From: Geosiphon pyriformis uo1
Lineage: Eukaryota > Fungi > Glomeromycota
Length of the DNA stretch: 64,000 bases
Assembly: GCA_016748015.1 (NCBI GenBank)
Contig: JAAOMT010000502.1
Span: 124,001-188,000 of the forward strand
Direction of reading: 5' to 3'
Positions 1 through 11,425 of the stretch are shown one piece after another. Positions within the stretch are counted from its first letter, which is position 1. Every line of letters begins with the position of its first letter. A program made the position numbers and the translations under genes. Below the pieces are notes generated by a model. That model did not search any database and had not been told where the DNA came from. It saw only the letters and a program-made list of their open reading frames with translations.

Positions 1-3000
1 AAGATATGTTGAAAATTTTTAATTATTTATTTTTCATAATTGAAAATATTTAAACTTTATAAACTTTTATTTCAAATAAATAATTTTTAACCAATCATTT
101 TATGATATAAATAATAATATATAATAATATATTATCTACATATATTTTTTCAATAAAAAAATGTTTCCATTAATAATAAATTATCTTTCTTGACACTTTT
201 TTCATATTGAACAAAATTTAAAAAAATAACTATAAGAATAAGCTAAAATAGAATTTGAATATATTTCATCAAATCCTTCTTATAAACTTTGAAAAAAAGC
301 ATATATTATCTTTTTCAGTACGTTTAGGAAACAATATATCAAAGGCTTAACTAGTTATTAGATATCAAGTTACTACTAGTACAACAAATGCCGAACATAA
401 TTTCTCATTAGCATGTGAATTCTTTCTCAGTATTTTAATTTAAATTCATCCCTGAACTTTTAAAAAAACAAGTTACTGAAGTATTTAAGTATTAAGAAAT
501 TAAAAGCATAATGTCAATATCAAAAAAAAAATTCAAAATATCAAACTATCTTACTTAAAAGTATTTATACCTGGTATTTTAGCAAATTTTGTAAAATAAA
601 TTCGTGTGAGAGAATAAGATACGTGAAATTATGCCATTTTCTCACTTGAACAAAATGACATTTTTTATACAACCCATCAGAAATTTTTAACTTCCCAACA
701 ATACCTCTATTCGTCAAAATCTCTTTTACCTTATGGTTCGCTGCCAAAGTATAATTTTAAACCACTGGAATTACATATTCAAATGCAAAAATTTATTCAA
801 CAAAAAAATTTAACAAGTATTAATTTCATTCGTCACTGCAAATAATATATTTTTGGAATTATGTAATTGATCCAACAAACATACTTTCCTATATATTTTG
901 TTTTTATGAAAGTTTTTGTGAGGAAATTCTTTCAAAAAATACCCAATCTTCCAAAAGCAAAAGGGACTTATAAATTATTCGAAAAATCAGAGACGAAGAA
1001 AAAAACCATAGTTATCAAAAAACATTTTTAGAATATCAAAAAGAAGATCTACCAATATTTTTTTGCACTAAAACAATTCGACTCTAATTGCTTGTCATCA
1101 ACGACAATAGGGGATTGTGGAACCAAAAGATCGTTATAATATCTCGAAAAATAAATCAAAAGACAATAGATTGTGCATTTTGCGAGTTGCTATTATTTTT
1201 TTTACTCGGCGTTCTATCTAAATGGCTATGCTTCATAACCCAGCTAAAAAAACCAATTGTTTTCAAAATTGAATCTGGAAATAAAAGTCCAAAAACAAAA
1301 TGATTTTCAACGATATTTATTTTACTTATTATACCTGGTTATTATGGAAAAATTTGAAACTGCAGCCCCACTTATGAGCTCAACATAATGACTTTAAAAT
1401 TATCTATTCAAAATTCGGGTCACCTCGTAGCTTTAAAATTAGTTGATTGTCCCACCTAACAAAGTGTTTTCCTGATTGCCATTATTCGTATCGTTAAGAA
1501 CAATAACTGGATGTAATCTGCATGTAATCTGTATGCAACTACTCAAGAGATTATTACCGAGCAAAACCCAACAACTGAGCACATGGAATTAAACGCTTCT
1601 TGTTATGACATGAATGAAATTTTTAAAGAGAAAAATTTTAAGGCCCATTCATTAATCAATCTGAAAAAAAAAATACTTTTCACATAAAAATTGATTTGAT
1701 AGTAAAAAAAAAATGGTTCCAAAGAATATTTTGTTGAAATCCTAATTAAAACGCACGTGCTACTTTGGGACATTAGCTGCTGCTTGAATGAGAAACTTTA
1801 ATTAATCATGTTTTTTCATTCTTAAAAAGTTCAAATTATTCTTGAACTTTACTATATTTGTATCTTGGATTGTTTCTTCATTGTAAGAAAAATACAGTTT
1901 TTATGCATAGGATGGGTAAAAATGATTTGCTAATGACTTAATTAGCTTTTTAGTGTGTGTTATCGCTTTTATTTTATTTAGATTGTGTTGATATTGGCCT
2001 TTGTTGACACGCTAAAAAAAGATTAATTCCCCAAAAATCTTGCCTAAATAAATTTAGAACATAATGATAATTAAGACTTTTGTTCACTGGGAAAGAATAG
2101 ACAAGGAGGCTGGTGAACAATATCCTATGCATGAAAGTGGCTGAACGCCAAAGAATGCTTTTTGACAAATGGAAAAATGTTACACAATGCTCACCCGTAA
2201 TAATAATAATAATAATGATTAACTAAATTAATACATGCACTAGAAAACAATAATCAGGAAAATAACAATAGTGGATTATAACGTCATTTGTGATTTTAGT
2301 CAATTAAATATGACCTGAAAATTATATAAATTAGAGTTAAGTCTCGTTTCTTGGATATTCATTCCTCACCAAGTCAAAAGTCCTTTCTTTCTTCTCCTTT
2401 GGCTCAAAGAAACTCATAACTTGAACTAAAGTAAACGATTCTCACTTTAATTGCTATTCAAATCAATTTTCTCAGAATCAAAGTACCTTTCCCGCCCTTC
2501 CGAATCACTTTGGCCCGGCCATTAGTGTCCTAATTAATTCAAAGGTTCTTTTGAGAATCACATTTGCGATATGTATCCCCGTACGCAAATTTCAGCTCTT
2601 AATTGGAATAAACAAAAGGACTCTACTTCTCACTCTTTGTCCAATAATGATGATCCTTGAACACCCACAAGTTTACTTCATACCCGAACAATTTTGCTAA
2701 CTGAAAATCATTCAGTTTAGTGAGCTCATCTTAAAAAAAAAGTCTTGTGTTGCTTATTTCTGATTCTTGAATTCGACCTCATAAGATTTATCTAACTTGA
2801 TGTGTATATAAATTCCATTTTTGCATATAAAAATTGTATAATTTAATTTTGTATATAATTTTGTATATAAAACACCTTTTAATTGTAAAAAATTTATAAA
2901 AGTTTCTCGATTAAAACTTTCCTTTCGGAACCCTTTTTTTTACATTTGTTTAGTTTTGTTCCTTCGTCCTGTTAACGTTATAATATATAGGTTTGATTCC

Positions 3001-3035
3001 GTCAATCAATGCCTATTCGTTCTTAGCTTCCTTTC

Positions 3036-3064
3036 GTTCTGTTCTGTTCTGTTCTGTTCTGTTC
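3036..3064. repeat. (GTTCT)n microsatellite
   Basis: About 6 tandem GTTCT units read directly. Confidence 0.85.
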
Positions 3065-5898
3065 GACTTTTCGCGTTTTAATCATTCTTTTCGTTTGTTC
3101 TATTCGAATTCATTTCATTTAGTTCTCGTTGATAGTTTGTGAATTAAAGAATTTGTTTTATTCAATAAAAATATTAGCATCGTCGCTGATTCGTGATAAA
3201 ATGAAAATTTCTGTTAAAAAATTGTATCAGAATTTACTATATTTTTTTTTTGGTTTTTGGTTTTTGTCAAACCATTTTAATCTGAATCAATATTTCTACT
3301 TGTTCATTAAGAATTAATGATTCTATTACGTCTGTCTCGCAAGTATATTTCATATACTGATTTATAACTGAGTAAGTTTTACACGGAGATTTCTTTTAAG
3401 GAGTGCATAATACTCTGGAAAAATATTGGGTTGCATTTTTTGTGTAGCGTAATTAAATTTTTTTTGGGGCAATAACTCATTATAATACATATTTATATTT
3501 TATAATAAAAATTATAATTATATTCTTCTTCATAATTTTTCCTAATATTCATCTTTGAAGTTGATTGAATTCCTTTTACATTTCTGTTTTAGGTATAAAG
3601 ATTTATTTTATCACTGTTCAAATTTGTAATAGATTGATAAGAAAACCTTATCACCAGATAAATTTTTTTTTCATTAATGTAAAATAATGATCACAAATTT
3701 AACTTTTAAAACTTTAATCATTAACTCAAAAATATTTGCAATAATGAGTATCTACACATCAAAGTTTTATAAACTTTCATCATACAATTTAAAAAGGGAA
3801 AATTCTAAAAACAATTTTTAAGTTTCTGGTTATAAATTCAATTATAATTCTTCGAGTATTTTAAATAAAATTACCTTAAACAAATGATTTAACGTTAAAC
3901 TCGGAATAAATATTAGGCGAAAACAAAGATTTTTAAATTTTTTCATTAAAAATTAAAATGATATATGTTTTATTTTTGCTTCTATTTTTTGCTTCTATTT
4001 TTTAGATTTTTTTTTTGAAGGTTTGTGACTTGATGATAACAAAAATAAAAATAAAAAACTAAAACTTTTATCATACATTTAATTTTACAATGGACCAGAG
4101 ATTGGACAACGATTAACGATTCTAATAGAATAACCCAATCTACAATTATTAATTTGGTAAATTTTATTTAAAAAATATGTCATAAAATAATTTTCATGAT
4201 TTAATGCTGACTTTTACCGATTTCTAATTAGCCAATCAGAAAATTATATAAAAACATGATATCTACTAATTTTTATAATCAGAATGAGGATTTAAATCTT
4301 CAAATAAATTTTCTTCAAAAAATTATTCTAATAAATCTAAAACTCTATAATATTTATATTTTCTATTTTTATGTTTTTTATAAAAGCTAAGAAATGAAAT
4401 TATGAAAGTTTTGTAAATTATATTAATTACTACTAAAAAATTATTATTATTATTATTATTATTATTTGAAGAATAAATGATATCATAAGAGTCAAAAATA
4501 GATATAAAAGATGGTAAATGAAATTAAAAGTTTCACAGCACCAATTTTCTGCCTAATTCCCAAACTTATTTTTAAAATTTATTTCTCAAAGCTGTGAATA
4601 TCTTTAAAAGGAATAAAAGCACAAATTTTTAAAATAACTAAATTTTTCTCTTGTTCTAAAAGTTTCTCATAACGCCTTAAAAAAAATTTGATTTACAATC
4701 TTTAAATCGCTACTTTTTTTCCATTCATTCTAACGGGATTCCGGAATCCTTCATCTAAGAAAAACATAATTGATTTTATTATTCTACCTTTTTTTTTTAA
4801 TTATAAAGTAATAATTTTCAATTAATGGTTATTAAATTGGCGTGTGAAGGCAAAAAATAAAAGTAAAGAAAAGTGGATGAATACATACCCACTAATATTA
4901 CTAGATACAGCGAATAAAATGTGAACTAACAAATTTTCATTCTCAAATTTAGGTTTTTAAAAGTGTTTAATAACTGTTATTAAGGAATGATTTTTTGATT
5001 TAATATAATCCAATTTTTAAAAAGCGAAAAATACCTTTATTTCTTGCATAAAAATTCAGATATCTAGCCAAAGAAAAAAAATTGATCTTCAGGTTATTTA
5101 AAGAATTTCATAAGCAAAAAGTAACTCCAATTCTGAACTTGGTTAATTAAATAAAATATTAGTTTAATTAATCTAGAATGAACTTTTTTCAAAAAATGAA
5201 CTAATGATTTTACCGAGTAAAATGGAAATCAGAGACTGACTGAAAAGATAACTAAAAATGCAATATCAATATTAAGTTTTTAAAAAAAAAAAAACTAACG
5301 GCATGTTGAATATTTGCTAAAACTTCAAATTTTGCGATATCAAGCCTTTTTATAATTTAAAAGGTGTCTGGAAATAATCATTGAAAAACAAGTAAAGTTA
5401 TTTTTAAAGGTTTCGTTCAGTACAGCGGACGGTGGACTGTGTCACTGTTGTATTTTAGAAATTATTTGGTCAATAAAAAGCTTTGAATTAGCCTCTTTCA
5501 CAAAACACAAGACATAGAACATTTAGGTTTTTATATTCTATTCAAAATTTGGGCAAAGATTGAAAAATGAAATACTAGCATTCATCCAGTTGATTAAAAT
5601 TTGTGATTGGTAAAATTTGATCAATTCTGTCTTTTCGTTTATAGACTTAAACTTAGTGTAATTCATCTTATTATCTTCTCAAATATAATTCTTAAACAAT
5701 TTTTCAGGTAGAAACAAAAGTTTAAAAGGCATTATTTTAATTATATATATAATTTAAGATAAGTTTTTAAAATTTCTTCAAAGGTTTAATATTATTAAAA
5801 TCTTGGTAACGATGCAGCTTAAATTATAATTGAAAAGAATGTTTATGTTGCTTGAATTATTCTGAGCTCGATTGATTTCTGATTTTTTAAACCATATT

Positions 5899-6206
5899 CA
5901 GTGAGCCCTCTCTAAAAGCACACCTTGGGAACTAAACTTTTAGTGTGCATTTAGAAAATAGCAAATATTATTATTGCATGTAACTTTATAATAACAATTA
6001 ATTATATCATTTTATATAAAATCAAAAGTTATTTATAAATTTTATTAAACTTACAAAAAAAGTTTTGATTTTCGCAATATAATTACAAAATTTGACGAGA
6101 TGTGCAGACATTATACATAGATCGGTCCGAAAAATAGAGTGTACGCTTATCTATAAGTCCCATTATGGAACCATTTAGGGAGTGTCCATTTAAGGAGAGT
6201 TGACTG
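5899..6206. mobile_element. pogo/Tigger-like MITE (~308 bp)
   Basis: Left end CAGTGAGCCCTCTCTAAAAGCACACC; reverse complement of right end CAGTCAACTCTCCTTAAATGGACACT. These form an imperfect TIR starting CAGT, with TA after the right end. Subterminal inverted repeat at ~5911-5923 / 5943-5955; no ORF. Confidence 0.6.
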
Positions 6207-6499
6207 TATATCCAAATTTATTTCAAATGTATAAGCAACATAGTACTTCTGAAAGGCAACCCTAATTGTTTTTGATTTTTTATTAAAAATTTGGAAATTA
6301 TAAAAACGAGTCTCCAAAGCTTAATTTTTCTCAAACTTTACGTTTAATCCAAAATTTGAAATATTGTTTATTTATAAGAATAATTCATTTAAGTTGCCTA
6401 AAACTTTTGATTACAGAAATTAAGGTTTTGAAAAAGTTTTTATCTTTGATTTTAATTGTAATAAAGTTATAGCATATTTCAAATCCTATAATAAAAAAG

Positions 6500-7130
6500 T
6501 TTATAACTCTTGGAGTTTTTAATCTTGCCACTCTTTAGTTTCCCAACTATTTGTTCTATGTAATCTTGAAAAGTGACAAACGTCAGTTACCATAGATTCC
6601 AGGTGCAACGATTTATTTCTGGTTTATCTAGACAATATACTTCCTGCGCAAGTTTGATCACCTTTAAGGAGAATGATGACAGTAGTTGGAAGGAGCTTTT
6701 TGAATATATGAGGAAGGATTCCTCTATGAAAGTAATTTTTTCATAGATTTTGAAGAATTCTGGATGTCTGATTAAATAAAATAATTTTTAGAAAGGGCTT
6801 TGGAAAGTCTGAATAATGTTTTCCCTTTGTTAGCTTAAATATAGCTTTAATGTAGGCTTTTTTTAACTAACAGGTAATCGATACGGAATCTCGTAATCTT
6901 GAAACAGATACTACAATGTAATATTCTGGAAACTCTAAACAAATACTCAAAATAAGCAAGAACCTTAATGTGCATCTAAGTTTTCGATAAATAAGAAAAC
7001 TTTATGGTCTTTGATAAGCAAACATTATTTTGAGAATAAATAAATCATGACAGGTATCACTCAATCTTTGGCTTGTAGTGTGTACTACCTGCTGTAGTAC
7101 TCTGTTTCTGAAACCTTTTCTTCTAATAGC
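6500..7130 (-). mobile_element. possible decayed non-LTR retrotransposon ORF2 C-terminal remnant
   Basis: Relatively GC-richer stretch. Minus-strand fragments FPEYY / CSICFK..IDYLL (zinc-knuckle-like) and RGILPH; many stops and frameshifts. Confidence 0.25.
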
Positions 7131-7251
7131 AATTTTTAAAAATTATGTCGCAAAAATGCCGAGTACTTTTTCTCACATATAAAAGCAAAACTAAGATTTA
7201 GAGACATTTCATTCTCAAAAAACTAAATTTTAACAAATTCTTATTTTCAAA

Positions 7252-10080
7252 ATGCTTTCTGCCGCTACTCTAGCAATTACCATTCAAAATATTCATTTTC
7301 AAGAGATTTACAAACCATAAAAACTTTGCTATCTATGATTGAATTGAATAAAAAGTAATCTAGAATAGATATTTGTTGTTAGTGATGAGAATTTTAACTA
7401 ATTACTACTTATCTACGGTCTAGATTTGAGAAATTAAATTCAACAGGATATGCATCGGGATATTTGTCCTTTGAGCTTAGTGCAAAGAAATGGCCAAATA
7501 AAGAGGCCCTTGTATTTCAGGAAAGAAGTTGGACCTATGCTGAATGTGAACAAGGTAAATTTACCATAGAGTTACTTTCTAGTCTCTGATTTTCGAGCTT
7601 TCATATCTAATTTATTGCTTCGATTTTGAAAGAAATTAATAAAGTGGTAAGAAAATTCAAAAGCATTCATGTATATTCAAAAAAAAATATATTTTGTTTT
7701 AACATTTTAACATTGATTTAGGCTGATTAGGCCTTATCTCAAGGAATAAAGCCAAAAGGTGTGTGTAATTTCTTACAATATGTGATTATTATTTTTTTTT
7801 GATTATCTATCATTCTCCTCTAAAATTTTTTAGATGTCATTGCAATATATATGAGCAATTCAAACCTGTTCCTCTTTGTATTCTTTGCCTTGGTAAAAAT
7901 TGGGGTCGTAGCCTCTTTGATCAACACAAATTTGCAAAATGAACCCCTACTCCATTGTCTAAACCTATCCAAAGCCAAAAATTGTAGTGGCTAGTGAAGA
8001 CTTGATAGGAAATCTAAAAGATCTTGGGGTGAACTCGATACTTTTTGTCGAGTTCCGTGATTCTTTAGTTATGTCACTGCCAAACAAAACGGCCGCAGCT
8101 GGAGGGCTTGTATGTCTTGATCAACTTCCCCCACATAACTCGAAAAATTTCCAAAAGCCACGGATAGCTGCTGAGGATCCTTGTTGTTACATATTCACAA
8201 GTGGAACATCAGGGCTTCCAAAGGTGTGAAAAAACTATCGTTAGATTATGCAAAAGAACCTTTCCTTAATTCTTACTGAAAATTTCTTGGTTTTGAAAGG
8301 CTGTGATAGTTCGTCATAGTAGGTTTGTCGGTAAGTTCTAGAATTTTTGTGAAAATATCATAATATTATGCAAATTAACAAAAATGTTCTTTTACAGAGA
8401 TGTCCTTCATGGCTTCTTCACGATGTCGATATAAATTTGATACAAGATGGTATTGTCCTTTACCGTTGTATCATATGTCAGCATGTAAGTGTCAAATTTT
8501 TATTCTTCCCCACTAATTTTTTCAATTCAGAAACTATTTCACATGTATTCAGTATTTTTTGGAGCCGTATCAGTCTGGATCGTTGAAGGAACCTTTATTA
8601 TTAGTCCGAAATTCAGCGCAAAGAATTTATGGCAAGAAGTTCGTAGCTCAAATGCCAATTGTTTACAGGTAAGGCGAAATTATGCGTTTTAAAATAAAAA
8701 ATTTCAAAGGCAAAATTTTTACAGAAATTATTTCTTTAGCACATTGGTGAAATTTGTCGCTACCTTTTAATTCGACCACCTTCGATTAATGACAAAGATC
8801 TCAATATTCGGTTAGCTTTTGGGAACGGCCTTAAAAAAGAAATATGGGAAGAGTTTAGAGAACGTTTTGGAATTCCCACATTGATTGAATTTTTTGGTCA
8901 AACCGAAGGTACCCATGGCATTTGAAAATCTTATTTTGAGAGCTATTGTCTTCAACAATTAAAATAAGGAATTTTTAGGCAGATATTTATTTGAAAACAT
9001 AAACTATGGACCTTTTGGTTCTGGCAGTGTTGGGTTTAGGGGGCCAATGCTAAGGTAGCTATTTTTAGGTTCTTAATTTTACCTCGGCGCAACTTCGAAT
9101 CAATTAATCAATATTAAACGTATACCCACTCTCCTAAAGGTTTCTCGAAAAAGGTTATTCAATTGTGAAAGTTGACTATGAAAATGAATGTCCTTATCGC
9201 AACGAAAAAACAGGATTTTGCGTAAAGGTACAATTTCTTAAGTTCTAATGCGACATTGATCATATTGTACCGTGTTCATGATCCTATTCAAAACATTCAG
9301 GCCGCAGTCAACGAACCAGGGGAACTCATTGTAAAAGTGATCCCTCTAAATAAAAACAGTGGTGCTTATTTGGGAATAGCAGAAAAAGATGACAAAAGAT
9401 ACTTACGGAATGTCTTTGAAAAAGGAGATCTATGGGCTAGATTTGGTGACCTTTTACAACGAGATGAGGATGGTTGGATTTATTTTAGCGAACGAATTGG
9501 GCAAACTTTTCGCTGGAAAGGTAAATCTATACCAATAGCCGAAAAGAATGAATATTAATATGAAAATTTGATTAATATCTTGTTTTAAAGGTCAAAATGT
9601 CTCGACACAAGAGGTTACGAAACATATATACACTTGTCCGCTTATCGCTGAGGCTTACGTCTATGGAATAGCTATCAGTGGATATGATGGCCAGGCAGGG
9701 ATGGCCGTCATCAAATTAGAGGAAAATACCCCTGAAATTGTGCTACGAGTCACACATGAATTACCCCAAATTTTGTCCAAGGCTGGGCTCCCCAATTATG
9801 CTATCCCAATCTTTGTCCGATTTATAGAAAGGTAAGAAGGTTTGAGAAAATTTAGTAAACAATTTTAATTGGTTGCTTAAATAATTTCAATCGTCAACTT
9901 TCCAGAATACCTGTCAATTCCGCAATGAAATATTCAACCCATCTAATCCAAAAAGAAGCAATCGATGAAGAAAAATGTGGCAAGGGTAATTTATTCGTGT
10001 TGGATCTACAAAAATTTATTTATGTTCCACTTGAAGCTCAAATACGTCAAAAAATTACAAAAAGAGAGGCTAGGTTGTGA
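7252..10080 (+). pseudogene. FAT1: FAT1/FATP-family (very-long-chain) acyl-CoA synthetase / fatty-acid transport protein, multi-exon, with lesions in the 5' exons
   Basis: Spliced translation gives YIFTSGTSGLPKA (AMP-binding), [92 protein letters not shown]; stop TGA 10078-10080. Apparent frameshifts at T-run 7296-7299 and A-run 7977-7981, and in-frame TAG at 7728-7730. Confidence 0.85.
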
Positions 10081-10149
10081 AAGTGAATGTAGGATCCATA
10101 GTTTTTAACTTAAAAACGTTCCCAAAGGTAAGAAATTCTTTATAATAGT

Positions 10150-11425
10150 CTGATAGGCACTAGACTAACTAGAATAGTTTAAAAATGTGGTTGGCCGATC
10201 CTCCATACATAGCTAAGCATAGCGCAACGGTTTTACAATTCCGGCTTCCAGATGTTGGCGGAATCGATAGTGTAGCCAACCAAGCATTTTTCGAGTTACC
10301 ATTTTAGATAACTCGAAAGGCGGGATGATGATAGCGTCGAACTCACAAATTCACAAATAAAAATGTAATTGCCTTTTGGCGAATTTCACTTTGCAAACAC
10401 ATCATTTTTTCCCAGATACATGCCACTGCTTTATCAAATCTTTTAGCCTTCTTCTTTTTACGTTTGGAGGTTAATTGTGTGAACTTGTCTTTTCGCAATA
10501 TCAAATTGTCCGTATAGGTACAAAAAATGAACAATGCGTCCAGTATTATGTTTCGAGATTTTTCCTACACCTTTAGAGGGAGAATACCAGGATCAATATA
10601 AGCTGCATGAACAGAGCCATCCGCTTGAATTTCGCGGAGCTCTTTTTGCATCTCACAAACTTCCAATTAGTTTTGCGATAATAAGTGAGCTTGCCATCCG
10701 AAATTATCTGGCCACCTATTGATTTTTGAAATGAAGAGGTCACAAAGCATGGTTATCATTATTCAGAATGATGGTAGGCTAATAACGATGTGTAGTAAGC
10801 ATTGACGGATTATGTAGATGACTAACATAGAAACGGTTTGAGAAATTCTGTGAGCGAATTAACATTGTTTGCCGCAGATATTTTCGGGATCGAAATAGTA
10901 AAGAGTGTGCTGATAAACCTTGTCGATTCCCCTTACGCCTAATTACTTGTTCGCTAGCAATCAATTATATTCGTAGGCACTTTGCCATGCATACCCCGAA
11001 GTAATATTCCGAGGCACACAACAGTTCGCATAAGTTTGCGCTCGCACCATATTGCTTTTCGGAGCTTCTCGTCTTTGTATTTATTAGCGTCTTTCCTGTC
11101 CGAACGTGTGTGTAAAACTTAAATTTGTCTTTGATGGATTGAGGCTTTATCCAAGCTGGTTGGGATGGGAATTTTTGATATAAAAGTGGTGGTGTTTACT
11201 CTAATAGACAACAATATTATAAGCAAATCTCATCAAGCCCAACCACTACTTCAAAGAACTGTATTTGAAGATGGCCAGATAAATTTTGATTAATAGTGTA
11301 TGGTTGAGAGTATCTTCATTCTTTTGATGTTTGCAATGAGTTGCTGTTATTTTTCCTTTGTGTTTTTTGTCTGGTTTGGGCACTTTCATCAATGGTAAAC
11401 AGTTTTTTTCTCTTGCATGTGGCAG
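10150..11425 (-). mobile_element. decayed Fanzor2 / IS607-type TnpB element (RNA-guided nuclease family pseudogene)
   Basis: Minus-strand fragments in canonical order: IKIYLAIFKYSSLK*WLGLMRFAYNIV (TnpB HTH), FRSRKYLRQTM, DGKLTYYRKTNWKF, REIQADGSVHAAYIDPGI (RuvC-I, Asp at 10592-10594), WYSPSKGVGKI, basic helix KRKKKKAKRFDKAV..LQSEIRQKAITFL, EFDAIIIPPFELSKMV (RuvC-II region), MLGWLHYRFRQHL, RNCKTV (zinc-finger remnant). Several stops, frameshifts and deletions. Confidence 0.85.

Noticed and set aside
200-1000. Possible highly decayed kinase-like gene on the minus strand
   Set aside because: Only vague fragments (YMLFFKVYKKDLMKYI); no diagnostic motif found.
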